Source of the DNA: Escherichia phage sutha
Strand: one strand, 5' to 3'
Sequence record: PV245934.1
DNA length: 64,000 bases
Made by a program: the position numbers and the translations under genes. Below, in pieces: positions 44,805 to 54,602 of the stretch. The notes under the pieces were generated by a model that worked only from the letters and a program-made list of their open reading frames with translations, had not been told where the DNA came from and ran no database searches. Position 1 is the stretch's first letter, and every line of letters begins with the position of its first letter.

Positions 44805-46124
44805 TCATACATAAAACACATCATAACGACCACGGGTAACACCAACATAAAGAAGTTGTTGAGCCAATTCAGCATCTGCATAATGAATACAAGGCGTATA
44901 GATGAAAGCACGGTCTACAGACATGCCCTGAGCTTTGTGGAATGTTGATGCAGGAAGTGCTTTCACTTTACTGAACTGTGATTTAGCATCCCAAAAATCA
45001 CTCCATGGAGCTTTTCCACCTTTATTCCAATTTTTATAAGTTTCTGCCGTTTTACCTAAAAATAGGTTAAACTTATATAGCTCTTCATCAGATGAAATTA
45101 TTTTAATCTTTTCACGATAATATTCATCATCGCCGTAAGTTTCTACTGTTAAATCCCAATGACGAATTAGATATTCTCCAGAAACACCACGAGCTTTAAC
45201 AAACGTCGATGTATACTCTGCTTCTATAATACGAACTAATTGTCCGTTATTAAAAATAATTTCTGACACAGGCTTTCCATCAATTTTATATGTTTTAATT
45301 AATGGTTCCTGCATTACAATAATTTCACCGACAATAAAATCTTTATCAGTTTCAAAAATCTTTTTACGAATAATGCTATTTAACTTGTCAACAGATTTAT
45401 TCGTAAATGCCATTACGCGATTTTCAAACAAATCATCTAGAGATTTGACGATTGAAAAATAATTTACCATAAAATCGCGTAAAGCGGTATCACCAGTAAA
45501 TCCACGTACTCCATGCCCGTCAACAACTTTATCATAAATCCACTTACCGTTGCGAACATCAGTAGCTACATCAATAATAGGAGCATTACTGCGTTTAACT
45601 TCAGTAAGTTCACACTGATAAAAATCTTTGTGTGTAAAGAATGGACTGATATAAGCAGTATTTTCTCCTGGGTCAACAGGTCTAATTTGCTTATTATCGC
45701 CTATTCCAATTATAGTACACCATGGTGGAATAGTTGAAAGCAGAATTTTAAATAGCTTTCTATCATACATTGACACTTCGTCGCAGATTAATACCCTGCA
45801 TTTAGCTAAATCCGGTACTTCTTTTTGTTCAAAAAGAACGTTTTCTTCGTATGTTACTGGGTTAATTTTGAGAATACTGTGAATAGTACTCGCTTCTTTC
45901 CCTGATAGTTTTGAAAGAATCTTTTTAGCTGCATGTGTAGGAGCTGCTAAAATAATGCCAGTTTCGCCCGTAGATATTAAGGCTTCAATGATGAACTTAG
46001 TAAGAGTAGTCTTACCGGTACCAGCAGGTCCATTAATAGTTACATGATGTTTCTTTTCTTTAATAGCCCTCATAACGATGTTAAAGGCATTTTTCTGGCC
46101 TTCTGTCAAATCATCAAATGTCAT
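44805..46124 (-). CDS. dda: Dda DNA helicase (SF1B)
   Basis: 439 aa, MTFDDLTEGQKNAFNIVMRAIKEKKHHVTINGPAGTGKTT... Confidence 0.9.
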   Translation of the reverse strand: MTFDDLTEGQKNAFNIVMRAIKEKKHHVTINGPAGTGKTTLTKFIIEALISTGETGIILAAPTHAAKKILSKLSGKEASTIHSILKINPVTYEENVLFEQKEVPDLAKCRVLICDEVSMYDRKLFKILLSTIPPWCTIIGIGDNKQIRPVDPGENTAYISPFFTHKDFYQCELTEVKRSNAPIIDVATDVRNGKWIYDKVVDGHGVRGFTGDTALRDFMVNYFSIVKSLDDLFENRVMAFTNKSVDKLNSIIRKKIFETDKDFIVGEIIVMQEPLIKTYKIDGKPVSEIIFNNGQLVRIIEAEYTSTFVKARGVSGEYLIRHWDLTVETYGDDEYYREKIKIISSDEELYKFNLFLGKTAETYKNWNKGGKAPWSDFWDAKSQFSKVKALPASTFHKAQGMSVDRAFIYTPCIHYADAELAQQLLYVGVTRGRYDVFYV

Positions 46125-46432
46125 CGTAAATTCCCTGCAATTGGTATACTAACAATACGCCCAGTATCTAAAATTCGCCGATATAATCTTTGTGTGTCTA
46201 CATCAGGCTTAACATGTTTAACTTCTATTTTATTAAACCAAAACTTGCGTGGAGTCTCAACTAATCTCGGAATTCCCATACCTAAAGCTAGTCGATACTG
46301 CTCTTTAAGAGTAGTAAATACTTTATCAGCAATCTCCCTTTCAAAAAATACAGCAGGACGATGTTCATCAAGAGGAACAGGCACCGCAAATCCATCTTTA
46401 TCTCTATACACTATCGCATATACATAAAACAT
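46121..46432 (-). CDS. hypothetical protein (103 aa), dda.1 position
   Basis: ORF track. Confidence 0.4.
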   Translation of the reverse strand: MFYVYAIVYRDKDGFAVPVPLDEHRPAVFFEREIADKVFTTLKEQYRLALGMGIPRLVETPRKFWFNKIEVKHVKPDVDTQRLYRRILDTGRIVSIPIAGNLR

Positions 46433-46433
46433 A

Positions 46434-47180
46434 TTATCCTCGGATAAGTTTAAAAATTGAACAATTTAGCGGGTATCCTCTTTTCAGTTTAAGTTTATCA
46501 ATAAAAGACAAGTTTTGATACCGCTCTACACCTTGAATAATTTTATCACACATATCATATTGCATTTCTGCTTCTGACAACTTTTTCACAGTTTTCCAAT
46601 CCGAGCCTTTAAGAAGAACGTTCAATTTAACAACTTCAGCGCCTTCTGCTATACGAGAACCATCAATACGAGCTTTGAGTGCTATAATCGTTAGCTTAAC
46701 GTCAGAAGTTTGTTTTGATTTAGAAAGCTGAGAAATGTGTTCAATTCGGTTTTCACGTTTTTTCTGTATAGCTTTAATTTGATTATAAGTCTTTTTGATT
46801 TTAGCCCATTTCTTTTCATCTAAATTTAGTTTATGAACTTTTTTCGCAGATGAACGACCAATTCGTAAAGCAAACAAATCACGCTTTTCAATCAACTCTT
46901 CTAAAGTATAATCAGAACGAAATGTATTATACTTTTTCTTTACTGCAATAACATTCCCTTTAATGTATCCAACGTTATTATCAAAACGTTCTAATGATAA
47001 TTTCTCTCCTTCAATACGATTATCAAAAGGTTCTCCCGAGTAAGCGCAAACTTTCTGATCTAAAATGTTCTTAATGTAATTGAAGTCTAAGTTAAAATCT
47101 TTAGAGCGTCTTTTAGCAGATGCCTGAGTGTGCTCTAGACGACGTGTAATTTTACGAATTTGATTTTTAGACAGTTTCAT
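46434..47180 (-). CDS. srd: hypothetical protein (248 aa), Srd-like by position and size
   Basis: Between dda and modA as T4 srd; identity unverified. Confidence 0.45.
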   Translation of the reverse strand: MKLSKNQIRKITRRLEHTQASAKRRSKDFNLDFNYIKNILDQKVCAYSGEPFDNRIEGEKLSLERFDNNVGYIKGNVIAVKKKYNTFRSDYTLEELIEKRDLFALRIGRSSAKKVHKLNLDEKKWAKIKKTYNQIKAIQKKRENRIEHISQLSKSKQTSDVKLTIIALKARIDGSRIAEGAEVVKLNVLLKGSDWKTVKKLSEAEMQYDMCDKIIQGVERYQNLSFIDKLKLKRGYPLNCSIFKLIRG

Positions 47181-47206
47181 ATTTTTCTCACGGACGGGTT
47201 AACTAC

Positions 47207-47240
47207 TTATACTATAACATTTTTACTTCAGCTTGTAAAC
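47207..47240 (-). promoter_or_regulatory. T4 early-type promoter
   Basis: rc GTTTAC at 47235-47240. Confidence 0.45.
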
Positions 47241-47296
47241 AACTTTATGAAAAATGCTTTAAAACTTTCATGGTATAATGAATCTAAGTCCTTCCA

Positions 47297-47899
47297 TTAT
47301 AGATTAAATCCTTCAAAATCAAGAGTATAGATAGTGTATGTTGAATACTTTTTATACTCATATCTATCCGCAATTCTAAATACACTTCCAGCTGGTATCA
47401 TTACTTCTTGTTCATCTGAAACTAATTCCATATTACGATAACGATGGCTATCCGGAAATTTAAAACTCGGACTATATTCTTTACAACGTAGAGCTTTTAT
47501 AGCATACTCCTGAAAATTAAATACCATAGGAGCTTTGAATTCAAAAATAACTTGCGTGTTGTATTCTAATCCAGAAGCAAAATGCAGAGCTATATTTTTA
47601 TCATATGAAGCTGATACTACTTTATCAAATGTAATAATATCAATTCCTTGATTTAACACCTGCTTAGTCTCAACTGGAACACCTCTCCAAAGAGGTTTAT
47701 CGTTTGGAACCAAACGAGATTTGATTATTTCATTTAACCAAGAATGATCGTCTGGCTTATTAGTAATACAATGAATTAAAAGTTCAATTTCGGATAAATT
47801 AAATCCTTCAGAAAGTAATTCTTCACGAATAGAAGCACGCACCGATGCATCCATTGATTTGATTTTAAAATCTTTTAATTGCATTGCTGAATATTTCAT
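47297..47899 (-). CDS. modA: ADP-ribosyltransferase ModA
   Basis: 200 aa; R (LWRG), STS-like (SAS) and EQE motifs. Confidence 0.8.
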   Translation of the reverse strand: MKYSAMQLKDFKIKSMDASVRASIREELLSEGFNLSEIELLIHCITNKPDDHSWLNEIIKSRLVPNDKPLWRGVPVETKQVLNQGIDIITFDKVVSASYDKNIALHFASGLEYNTQVIFEFKAPMVFNFQEYAIKALRCKEYSPSFKFPDSHRYRNMELVSDEQEVMIPAGSVFRIADRYEYKKYSTYTIYTLDFEGFNL

Positions 47900-48531
47900 T
47901 CAACTACCTCAATATCATACACTTTAAATGTTCCAAATGAATCGTGTAATTTTTCTTTTGAAATAGAAGTTATTTTATACTTTCCAATTGGAATCATCCA
48001 TTCTTGTTCACGCACAATCATCATTAAGTTATCAGTACGTTCTGAATCTAATCCATCAGTATCTTCATATGTATACTTAAATTCAGTATTAGGAGAAGAA
48101 AGTATAATATCGCTGATATGGTCAGAGTAATTAAAAGCTTTATCAGTTTTTAAGCGAAGTACTATTTCAGTGGAATATTCAACATAAGAAAAACCGCATG
48201 CTGTGTGCAAACTAGTAGTAAATGAATCTACTCTATTCGTTGAAAACACTTCTCCAACTTGTAAATCTTTAATGAGCTCTTTTGTCGATTTTGATATACC
48301 ACGATATAACTGATGAGGTGATTCAGTTAAATGCTTTTTAATGATTTTATTCAACTGCCGATGAAGAGCTTCATTCTTTTTGGCTTCCATACATTGCCAA
48401 AGAACTGACTGTTCAAAGTCAGTAAATTTTTCACAGACCTTTTTATACATATCATATTGAAAATCAACGCTTTCAGCTTTTATAGATAACTGTTCAACAT
48501 CTGCAAGATTAATAATCATGATAGCCTCCAT
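47896..48531 (-). CDS. modB: ADP-ribosyltransferase ModB
   Basis: 211 aa; LYRG ... STN ... EQEWMIP motifs; tandem to modA. Confidence 0.8.
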   Translation of the reverse strand: MEAIMIINLADVEQLSIKAESVDFQYDMYKKVCEKFTDFEQSVLWQCMEAKKNEALHRQLNKIIKKHLTESPHQLYRGISKSTKELIKDLQVGEVFSTNRVDSFTTSLHTACGFSYVEYSTEIVLRLKTDKAFNYSDHISDIILSSPNTEFKYTYEDTDGLDSERTDNLMMIVREQEWMIPIGKYKITSISKEKLHDSFGTFKVYDIEVVE

Positions 48532-48541
48532 ATACTTCAGA

Positions 48542-48575
48542 AGCTATCATATCATTGTTAGGAAGGAAAGTAAAC
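48542..48575 (-). promoter_or_regulatory. T4 early-type promoter
   Basis: rc GTTTAC at 48570-48575. Confidence 0.45.
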
Positions 48576-48586
48576 AACTTTTTGAA

Positions 48587-48769
48587 TTATTTTGCCCAGG
48601 GAGCCCAGGGCGGAGGGTCAAGATGGTATGAAGCTAGTTCTTCTAGAAGAGCATCTGGGGCTTCAATTCCATAATTCTGTAATACTATACGGTACTCTTT
48701 CTTATAATCACTAGAATCATTCTGGATATTCGTAGAATGATTATCTTCTAACATCTCAAATAAATCCAT
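48587..48769 (-). CDS. hypothetical protein (60 aa)
   Basis: ORF track. Confidence 0.35.
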   Translation of the reverse strand: MDLFEMLEDNHSTNIQNDSSDYKKEYRIVLQNYGIEAPDALLEELASYHLDPPPWAPWAK

Positions 48770-48777
48770 ATTAATTC

Positions 48778-49248
48778 CTAGCGATAAAAACCAAATTGAC
48801 GATTAGCTTCAATAATCTTTCTTTCTTCTTCGGACATTCTCCAGCGTAGTCCAACATCAAAATGAGCCCAGACCATCTTAACGAATGCATTTATATCTTT
48901 AATATCTTCAATAATGAATGTTTTACTTTTAGAAGGTTGACTCGCTAATTTAACTTTATCGTCTTCAAACAGGTCAAAAAGACCATATTCATGAGCTCTT
49001 TTATAGCCTTTAATAGTTAAAGCTTCAGAAGAAGAAAATGGTGAATCAGTATTCTGCAAAATATCTTCAGTATGCTTTATAATTAGAATAACATTTTCTG
49101 GATATTTTCTTTCTTTTATATCTTTAATTAAAATATCCGGATTTTCTGCTAAAGGAATAATTAATGAGCACTCTTTATCAAGTGTATTTACTGATTTACC
49201 TTCTTTAGACATAAATTCTATTGAATAATGTTTTGCTACTTCAATCAT
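48778..49248 (-). CDS. hypothetical protein (156 aa)
   Basis: ORF track. Confidence 0.4.
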   Translation of the reverse strand: MIEVAKHYSIEFMSKEGKSVNTLDKECSLIIPLAENPDILIKDIKERKYPENVILIIKHTEDILQNTDSPFSSSEALTIKGYKRAHEYGLFDLFEDDKVKLASQPSKSKTFIIEDIKDINAFVKMVWAHFDVGLRWRMSEEERKIIEANRQFGFYR

Positions 49249-49401
49249 GTGATTTCCTCTTGCCTACTAATGGGCCGTCAGGAATTTTGTTTTCCTGGAT
49301 ATATTTCTCATTTTCTTCCATCATTTTACTGCCAATTTTAAGAAGCAAATCCAATGCTTCATTTGCTTTAGCCTTGGCCTCTTCTAGCGTCATATCTCTG
49401 T

Positions 49402-49605
49402 TCACGATTTATCCCCATAGATGTCTCTCATCAATTTAAGCGCTGAGCGTTCTAATTTCTTTTCTTTCTCAGCACTAATCATTGATTTCATCCATTCTTC
49501 TGATTCGTTCTGCATTTCTTTATTTGCTTGTTCAACCCAACCATCGTCAATATACATTGAGTTTGGTCTATTGAACCATTCAAACATTTTCTTCAGAACT
49601 TTCAT
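49402..49605 (-). CDS. hypothetical protein (67 aa)
   Basis: ORF track. Confidence 0.4.
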   Translation of the reverse strand: MKVLKKMFEWFNRPNSMYIDDGWVEQANKEMQNESEEWMKSMISAEKEKKLERSALKLMRDIYGDKS

Positions 49606-50077
49606 TTGTTTTACCTAAAACAACAGTAGGAGCATCGTCAAATTTATGAATTTTGAGTAAATTTGGATTTAAATTATTCCATAAAGATGTAATAAAATAT
49701 GATAGTGCATTTTCTTCTGTAATTATAAATTTATTTCCCTTATCTATTTTCCAGTCATATATTGAATCATATGAATATAATGGTAATGGTTTATTGTTAT
49801 AATATGATTCAGCAACATCAATATAGTTAGATTTAGTAAATGCTTCAATTGCTCTAAACGGACTATTTGGCACAGTTTCAATAATTCCGATCTTTTTAAG
49901 TTTTATTTCAACATCTTCTGGAACTGGCATTGAAATAAAATCTTCTACTAGATACATGCTATTATCATATCTTTTATCAATCATTACTGCTACAGTAATT
50001 GGAACGTCTTTAGCAAACGACATACTATTACTGCTAATATACATTTCAAACAAAATCGCTTCCATAATTTTCCTCAA
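49580..50077 (-). CDS. hypothetical protein (165 aa)
   Basis: ORF track. Confidence 0.4.
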   Translation of the reverse strand: MRKIMEAILFEMYISSNSMSFAKDVPITVAVMIDKRYDNSMYLVEDFISMPVPEDVEIKLKKIGIIETVPNSPFRAIEAFTKSNYIDVAESYYNNKPLPLYSYDSIYDWKIDKGNKFIITEENALSYFITSLWNNLNPNLLKIHKFDDAPTVVLGKTNESSEENV

Positions 50078-50415
50078 TCACAAGATGTAGATGAACAACT
50101 AGAATCACAAGAACTTCCACATGAATCGCCCGTCCATACATGAACAGGAACATTAGTGTCATATGAATCAGAACTAGACTGTGTATTCTGCGTATTAGAT
50201 GATGTAGTAGGTGTTGACCAACGCCAAGGATTTTTATAATATTCTTGGGCTTCTTCATAAGTCATAGTAACTGCTTCTACTGTTCCATCTCCCATATAAA
50301 CATATTCAACTACAGTTAAAGGAAGGTAGTCGTTTGAAATAGGAACTACACCTTCTCCAGGAGCTGTAGAGAAAAAATCCGTAAAGAAATTTTTAAACCA
50401 GTTAAAGATAAACAT
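50074..50415 (-). CDS. hypothetical protein (113 aa) with Ser/Cys-rich C-terminal tail
   Basis: C-terminus ...[21 protein letters not shown]. Confidence 0.45.
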   Translation of the reverse strand: MFIFNWFKNFFTDFFSTAPGEGVVPISNDYLPLTVVEYVYMGDGTVEAVTMTYEEAQEYYKNPWRWSTPTTSSNTQNTQSSSDSYDTNVPVHVWTGDSCGSSCDSSCSSTSCD

Positions 50416-50627
50416 TACAAAAAGCCTCTTTGAAATTCGATTCTTTGAAATCCACCCCAGTCAGTGTATCGCATTTCAGCATTGAACTCGACTGAACCAT
50501 CTGCATGCATCATGAATGAATGCGTGACGATATCACAATCCCAGCTTTTCATGCCCCATTTATCAGAGATAGCTTTATCAAGAACCTTCTGGAGGTCTTC
50601 ATTTGGTTTAATCCAGCGATTTAACAT
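50415..50627 (-). CDS. hypothetical protein (70 aa)
   Basis: ORF track. Confidence 0.4.
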   Translation of the reverse strand: MLNRWIKPNEDLQKVLDKAISDKWGMKSWDCDIVTHSFMMHADGSVEFNAEMRYTDWGGFQRIEFQRGFL

Positions 50628-50649
50628 AGTGCTCTCCTCTATAAGATAA

Positions 50650-50683
50650 TTCTATTATACCATACTCATTTTGGAAAGTAAAC
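50650..50683 (-). promoter_or_regulatory. T4 early-type promoter
   Basis: rc GTTTAC at 50678-50683, TGGTATAAT -10. Confidence 0.5.
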
Positions 50684-50691
50684 TGGCAAAA

Positions 50692-50720
50692 TGAAAAAAG
50701 GACTCCCGAAGGAGTCCTTG
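50692..50720 (-). terminator. rho-independent terminator downstream of soc
   Basis: rc AAGGACTCC-TTCG-GGAGTCCTT hairpin followed by TTTTTT. Confidence 0.6.
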
Positions 50721-50725
50721 AATTA

Positions 50726-50971
50726 TTAACCACCAGTTACTTTCCACATATCTTCGTTTGCAGCAATCCATGCATCACGTTGATTTTCTTCGTATACAGT
50801 AGTATATGCTGCTTTTTCTGAAGGGAATATCTGGTAATGAGCACCAGAAATTTTGTGAACGTCAGAATAAAGAGGGAAAGCTACAGAAATTTCTTTTCCT
50901 TCAATTTTCTTATTTCCATCTAATTTCTGCTCAAACGTTTTGATATTAACATAACCGCGAGTACTAGCCAT
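50726..50971 (-). CDS. soc: small outer capsid protein Soc
   Basis: MASTRGYVNIKTFEQKLDGNKKIEGKEISVAFPLYSDVHKISGAHYQ... Confidence 0.9.
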   Translation of the reverse strand: MASTRGYVNIKTFEQKLDGNKKIEGKEISVAFPLYSDVHKISGAHYQIFPSEKAAYTTVYEENQRDAWIAANEDMWKVTGG

Positions 50972-51003
50972 GTAATTCTCCTTTTATTTAAATTACATGA
51001 TTA

Positions 51004-51011
51004 TTTATATC
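51004..51011 (-). promoter_or_regulatory. T4 late promoter box (rc TATAAATA) for soc
   Basis: rc GATATAAATAATC about 30 nt upstream of soc ATG. Confidence 0.55.
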
Positions 51012-51179
51012 AGTCTTCAACGAAAACTTGTGCCAGGAATTCATGTTCATCTTGAATTTGTTTATATAAAGCCATTACAGCATTTATATTAGAGCTATCT
51101 ACTTTAAGCTGATAAGCATACCACTCGTATAAATTAATTAAAGCTTTTTGACGTCTAATAAATTCTTCTTTGGATATTT

Positions 51180-51380
51180 TCATTTTGAATGTTCTATAAT
51201 TAATTTTAAGGCTTCTTCGCTGACAAAAATTTCATCAGGACCTTCTTCTACAACCCAATCAACCACACGAAGCTGATTAGATAAGAGCTCGCATACGAGC
51301 TCTTTGTCATAATTTTTAAATAGCTGGTCAATACGTTTCTTGCGGGCTTTCTTAAGCTGGCGTTTATTTAAACGAGCCAT
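51180..51380 (-). CDS. hypothetical protein (66 aa)
   Basis: ORF track. Confidence 0.4.
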   Translation of the reverse strand: MARLNKRQLKKARKKRIDQLFKNYDKELVCELLSNQLRVVDWVVEEGPDEIFVSEEALKLIIEHSK

Positions 51381-51898
51381 TAATAACCTCGATCTTGACG
51401 AGCGAAGTTTTCAGCATTCTTCAAATAATAAAGTTTAAAGATTTCTTCAGCCGTAAGACCGAGACCTTGGAACATGTTCAGAACGAAATGAAGAATATCA
51501 ATCATTTCAAATTTAATTTCCAACTGGTCTTGAGGAGACAAATCAGTAATTAGAGTTTCACGACGTTCACCATGCTGCGACTTCCAAGGCTTCCATACAG
51601 CAGATGCATCTTTTTCACCATTGCTCATACCACCAAGAGAAGTCAGAAGTTCACGGAATTCATCATCAATGTAATCTTTCTGATTACGCAGCCAATCAAC
51701 AACTTCGCCTGCAGTAGCCAAATCATCAGGATGACGGTTATATTCAGGTTTATCTTTAGCTAAACGAACCTGCAAAGATTTCTGCATATCAAGCATAACC
51801 TGCAGCGGGTCTTTTTCATCACCGAGAATATCCCAATATTCGTTTTGAGCTTTATCAGCGCCTTCGATCAGTTGTGAACATTCATTAAAGTATGCCAT
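51380..51898 (-). CDS. 56: dCTPase / dCTP pyrophosphatase gp56
   Basis: About 172 aa from internal Met MAYFNECSQLIEGADKAQNEYW...; MazG-like; ORF track extends 31 codons upstream. Confidence 0.8.
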   Translation of the reverse strand: MAYFNECSQLIEGADKAQNEYWDILGDEKDPLQVMLDMQKSLQVRLAKDKPEYNRHPDDLATAGEVVDWLRNQKDYIDDEFRELLTSLGGMSNGEKDASAVWKPWKSQHGERRETLITDLSPQDQLEIKFEMIDILHFVLNMFQGLGLTAEEIFKLYYLKNAENFARQDRGY

Positions 51899-51929
51899 TA
51901 TTTTTCCTTTCAATTCATGGATTAGTAGA

Positions 51930-51960
51930 TTAATTATACAATAAATATATAAAGCAATAA
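51930..51960 (-). promoter_or_regulatory. T4 middle promoter (MotA box plus -10) for gene 56
   Basis: rc TTGCTTTA (MotA box) then 12 nt then TATAAT. Confidence 0.5.
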
Positions 51961-51969
51961 GGAGGACAT

Positions 51970-52170
51970 ATGGTACAAAAATTAATGGCACTTGTTAATG
52001 CCATCAAAGGTAATAAAAAACGTATAGCTTTTACTATTTCTGCTATGATAGGAATTTTACTTTGGAATTTTGTTTTATCGCCAGTTGCTCTTGCTCATGG
52101 CGTTAGTATTCCAGTAATTACTCTTGATACATTCGTAGATTTAGCATTTGCTTTAGTTGGGTTAATTTAA
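51970..52170 (+). CDS. small hydrophobic protein (66 aa) on opposite strand, between 56 and 61
   Basis: Strong SD AAGGAGGA 7 nt upstream of ATG; two predicted TM helices; convergent with gene 61 stop. Confidence 0.4.
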   Translation: MVQKLMALVNAIKGNKKRIAFTISAMIGILLWNFVLSPVALAHGVSIPVITLDTFVDLAFALVGLI

Positions 52171-53195
52171 ATCTTAGCATATTTAGATAGACGCATTTTA
52201 GCCATCAACCCCTGAGCAATATTATTTTTCATATATTCCATAATTTGTTCAGGGGTTGCACCTTCCTTTCTAATCATATCATTAACATCTTTTGATTTCC
52301 AGGGAGATTTGTCCCAAAACATAACCCTTTCTCCTGCATCAACCAATTTAGTCATTCGTTTAATAGTGTCAGGATGACGAGGTTCATTATCTAAAACCCA
52401 TACACGTCTATCTTTAAATGGAACAATTTCTAGGTCTAATTGACCACCTGTAATAGCTATACCATTTTCAATAAAAAGTGAATCTATAGGTCCTTCTAGA
52501 ACATATACATCACCATCTTTGACTCGTTCGACTCCATATATTTTTGTTGCCTCAGGATAAGCTTTGATGGTGATATATTTTTGAGGAGCATCTTTCTTTA
52601 ATGCACGTCCTTGAAAAGACTCAGCTTTTCCATTAGCATTATAAATTGGAATAACAAGACGAGGCTCAGGTATTTCCTTTTTGTATGTTCCTGGTGCTAT
52701 GCTATTAACTAATTTAGGCCATTCGGTTGTAAACCAAAGATATTTCCATTTGTCCTTTGGAATACAACGAGCTTTTACGTATTTTATAATTGGATGGTCT
52801 TCCGCCAGTTTATCTAATCTAATACATGATGGAAGAGATTTAATTATTTTCTTCTCGGGTTGTTTAGGAAGTTCTTTAGGTTTTTCTACTGAACGACTTT
52901 TACCTTTTTCTTTTCTTATTTCAAAGATATACTCACGATATAAATCGGGTTCAAACTCCTTTAAATATATTCCGATTGGTGCATGATAGTTACAGTTATA
53001 ACAATGAATATTTCCTTCATTATTATCACCATAATACCATCCACGGGCTTTATTTTGGTCGGTTTTTGAATCTCCACAAACAGGGCATCTAAACCGCAAT
53101 TTAAAAGTTGAACTATTATTTACTTGTGTGAATTTAGGTAAATGAGCTAATGCACGGTATGCAAACTCATTATCAATCCAAGGTATTGATGACAT
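52167..53195 (-). CDS. 61: DNA primase gp61
   Basis: 342 aa, N-terminal zinc-ribbon CPVCGDS...CYNC, TOPRIM region. Confidence 0.9.
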   Translation of the reverse strand: MSSIPWIDNEFAYRALAHLPKFTQVNNSSTFKLRFRCPVCGDSKTDQNKARGWYYGDNNEGNIHCYNCNYHAPIGIYLKEFEPDLYREYIFEIRKEKGKSRSVEKPKELPKQPEKKIIKSLPSCIRLDKLAEDHPIIKYVKARCIPKDKWKYLWFTTEWPKLVNSIAPGTYKKEIPEPRLVIPIYNANGKAESFQGRALKKDAPQKYITIKAYPEATKIYGVERVKDGDVYVLEGPIDSLFIENGIAITGGQLDLEIVPFKDRRVWVLDNEPRHPDTIKRMTKLVDAGERVMFWDKSPWKSKDVNDMIRKEGATPEQIMEYMKNNIAQGLMAKMRLSKYAKI

Positions 53196-53363
53196 TTTTA
53201 CTCTTCTTTTTCTTTAGATTCCTCTTTTTTCTTTTTAGGAATCTGTTCAGGACCTTTATTTACTACAGCGCCTGACGTTGTTCCAGTAGAGATATTTTCA
53301 GGATTACCACCTGAATCTCCAGCGACCATATCTTCTTTAATAAATTCTTTATATGTTTTCATA

Positions 53364-53990
53364 TTAACCTCTATTCATAAAAGCATTAAAAATTTGATCG
53401 TCAATAGAAACTTTTACTTTAGACTGTTTTTCTGATGGCAATTCATATCCGCATATTACAATTTTGTGATCAATATCAAAATACACAGAAGCAATATGAT
53501 TAATGATGTTTTCAGTAAAGTCTAAATCAACATCAATATCTTTTTGACCACAACCTAAAGGATAAATAATGCGAGTAATTCGATTATCTTTAACAAAGAT
53601 TCCACCGACATACTCTGTGCTGCGTTTAAAGTCTACACGCCGACGAAATGAAAAATATTCAGGCTCTTTATGAGCTCTGCTCATAGGACATAACGAGTAA
53701 CTAGAATAAGAGATGTCAAATCCTACGCCTTCAATATGAGCCAAATTATCATGATTAAACCAATTATAATCGTACGCCAAGTCCATTAGATTATAATATG
53801 TAAAAGGCACCGGATTAACGTCATTAGTCACAAGCATGTAATTAGCAACTGCTATAATTTCATTGTTTTTAACGAATACAAACCGTGATTGATGCGAATG
53901 ACCTGGACCCGCGTTTTCACGATTAATGATATAACACTGGGCACCTTTATATTTGTATGTATCTTTGCACTTGTGCATTTGATAGAGCAT
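53364..53990 (-). CDS. hypothetical protein (208 aa), 61.2 position
   Basis: ORF track; between gene 61 and sp. Confidence 0.45.
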   Translation of the reverse strand: MLYQMHKCKDTYKYKGAQCYIINRENAGPGHSHQSRFVFVKNNEIIAVANYMLVTNDVNPVPFTYYNLMDLAYDYNWFNHDNLAHIEGVGFDISYSSYSLCPMSRAHKEPEYFSFRRRVDFKRSTEYVGGIFVKDNRITRIIYPLGCGQKDIDVDLDFTENIINHIASVYFDIDHKIVICGYELPSEKQSKVKVSIDDQIFNAFMNRG

Positions 53991-54283
53991 TATTCACCTA
54001 CCACTTCAGCGATGATATTTTTATTATTGAAGTTTTTATCACAATACAGAACGTAATTATACTGCATTACACCACCAGACTTAAGCTGTTTTTGTACTTC
54101 AGCTTTCATTTCAGGGCGATCACGCTCAACGATATTCATAATATCTGCTTCAATCTGAGTTTCAACCTCAGTCTGATCTGCGGTCATAGACCATTCACAC
54201 AAATCTTTATCATAACCTGCCATAGCAGGCTGAGCAGCACAAGAAGCCAAAGCAAAAATTGCAGCAAAAACAAATTTTTTCAT
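53990..54283 (-). CDS. sp: spackle periplasmic protein (superinfection exclusion)
   Basis: 97 aa with signal peptide MKKFVFAAIFALASCAAQPAMA. Confidence 0.8.
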   Translation of the reverse strand: MKKFVFAAIFALASCAAQPAMAGYDKDLCEWSMTADQTEVETQIEADIMNIVERDRPEMKAEVQKQLKSGGVMQYNYVLYCDKNFNNKNIIAEVVGE

Positions 54284-54307
54284 GATAATCTCCTCAGTAG
54301 TTTATGT

Positions 54308-54341
54308 TTATATAGTATCTCAATTTTCAACAAAAGTAAAC
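54308..54341 (-). promoter_or_regulatory. T4 early-type promoter
   Basis: rc GTTTAC at 54336-54341. Confidence 0.45.
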
Positions 54342-54343
54342 AC

Positions 54344-54601
54344 TTATTTTAAAACTTCTGCATAATCACATGTTACAAACTGTTTCTCTAACTTGACGAT
54401 TTTACGAAAGTATCTTTTGCATTGACGAATCTGTCGCTTCGTAGGGCGCACAGCAAACTTAATAAATTCCACTCGACCAAATGGAGGACTTTCTTCTGCT
54501 GGAATATCTAACACCAATTCCCACGTATCTGCAACAAGTGCTTTGAATTGAGTATTTTTCCTGACATTATACGGGGTAGGTTTAAATAAAACAATATGCA
54601 T
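54344..54601 (-). CDS. hypothetical protein (about 85 aa from internal Met), 61.4 position
   Basis: SD GAGGA before ATG at 54599-54601 just downstream of dmd stop. Confidence 0.4.
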   Translation of the reverse strand: MHIVLFKPTPYNVRKNTQFKALVADTWELVLDIPAEESPPFGRVEFIKFAVRPTKRQIRQCKRYFRKIVKLEKQFVTCDYAEVLK

Positions 54602-54602
54602 A

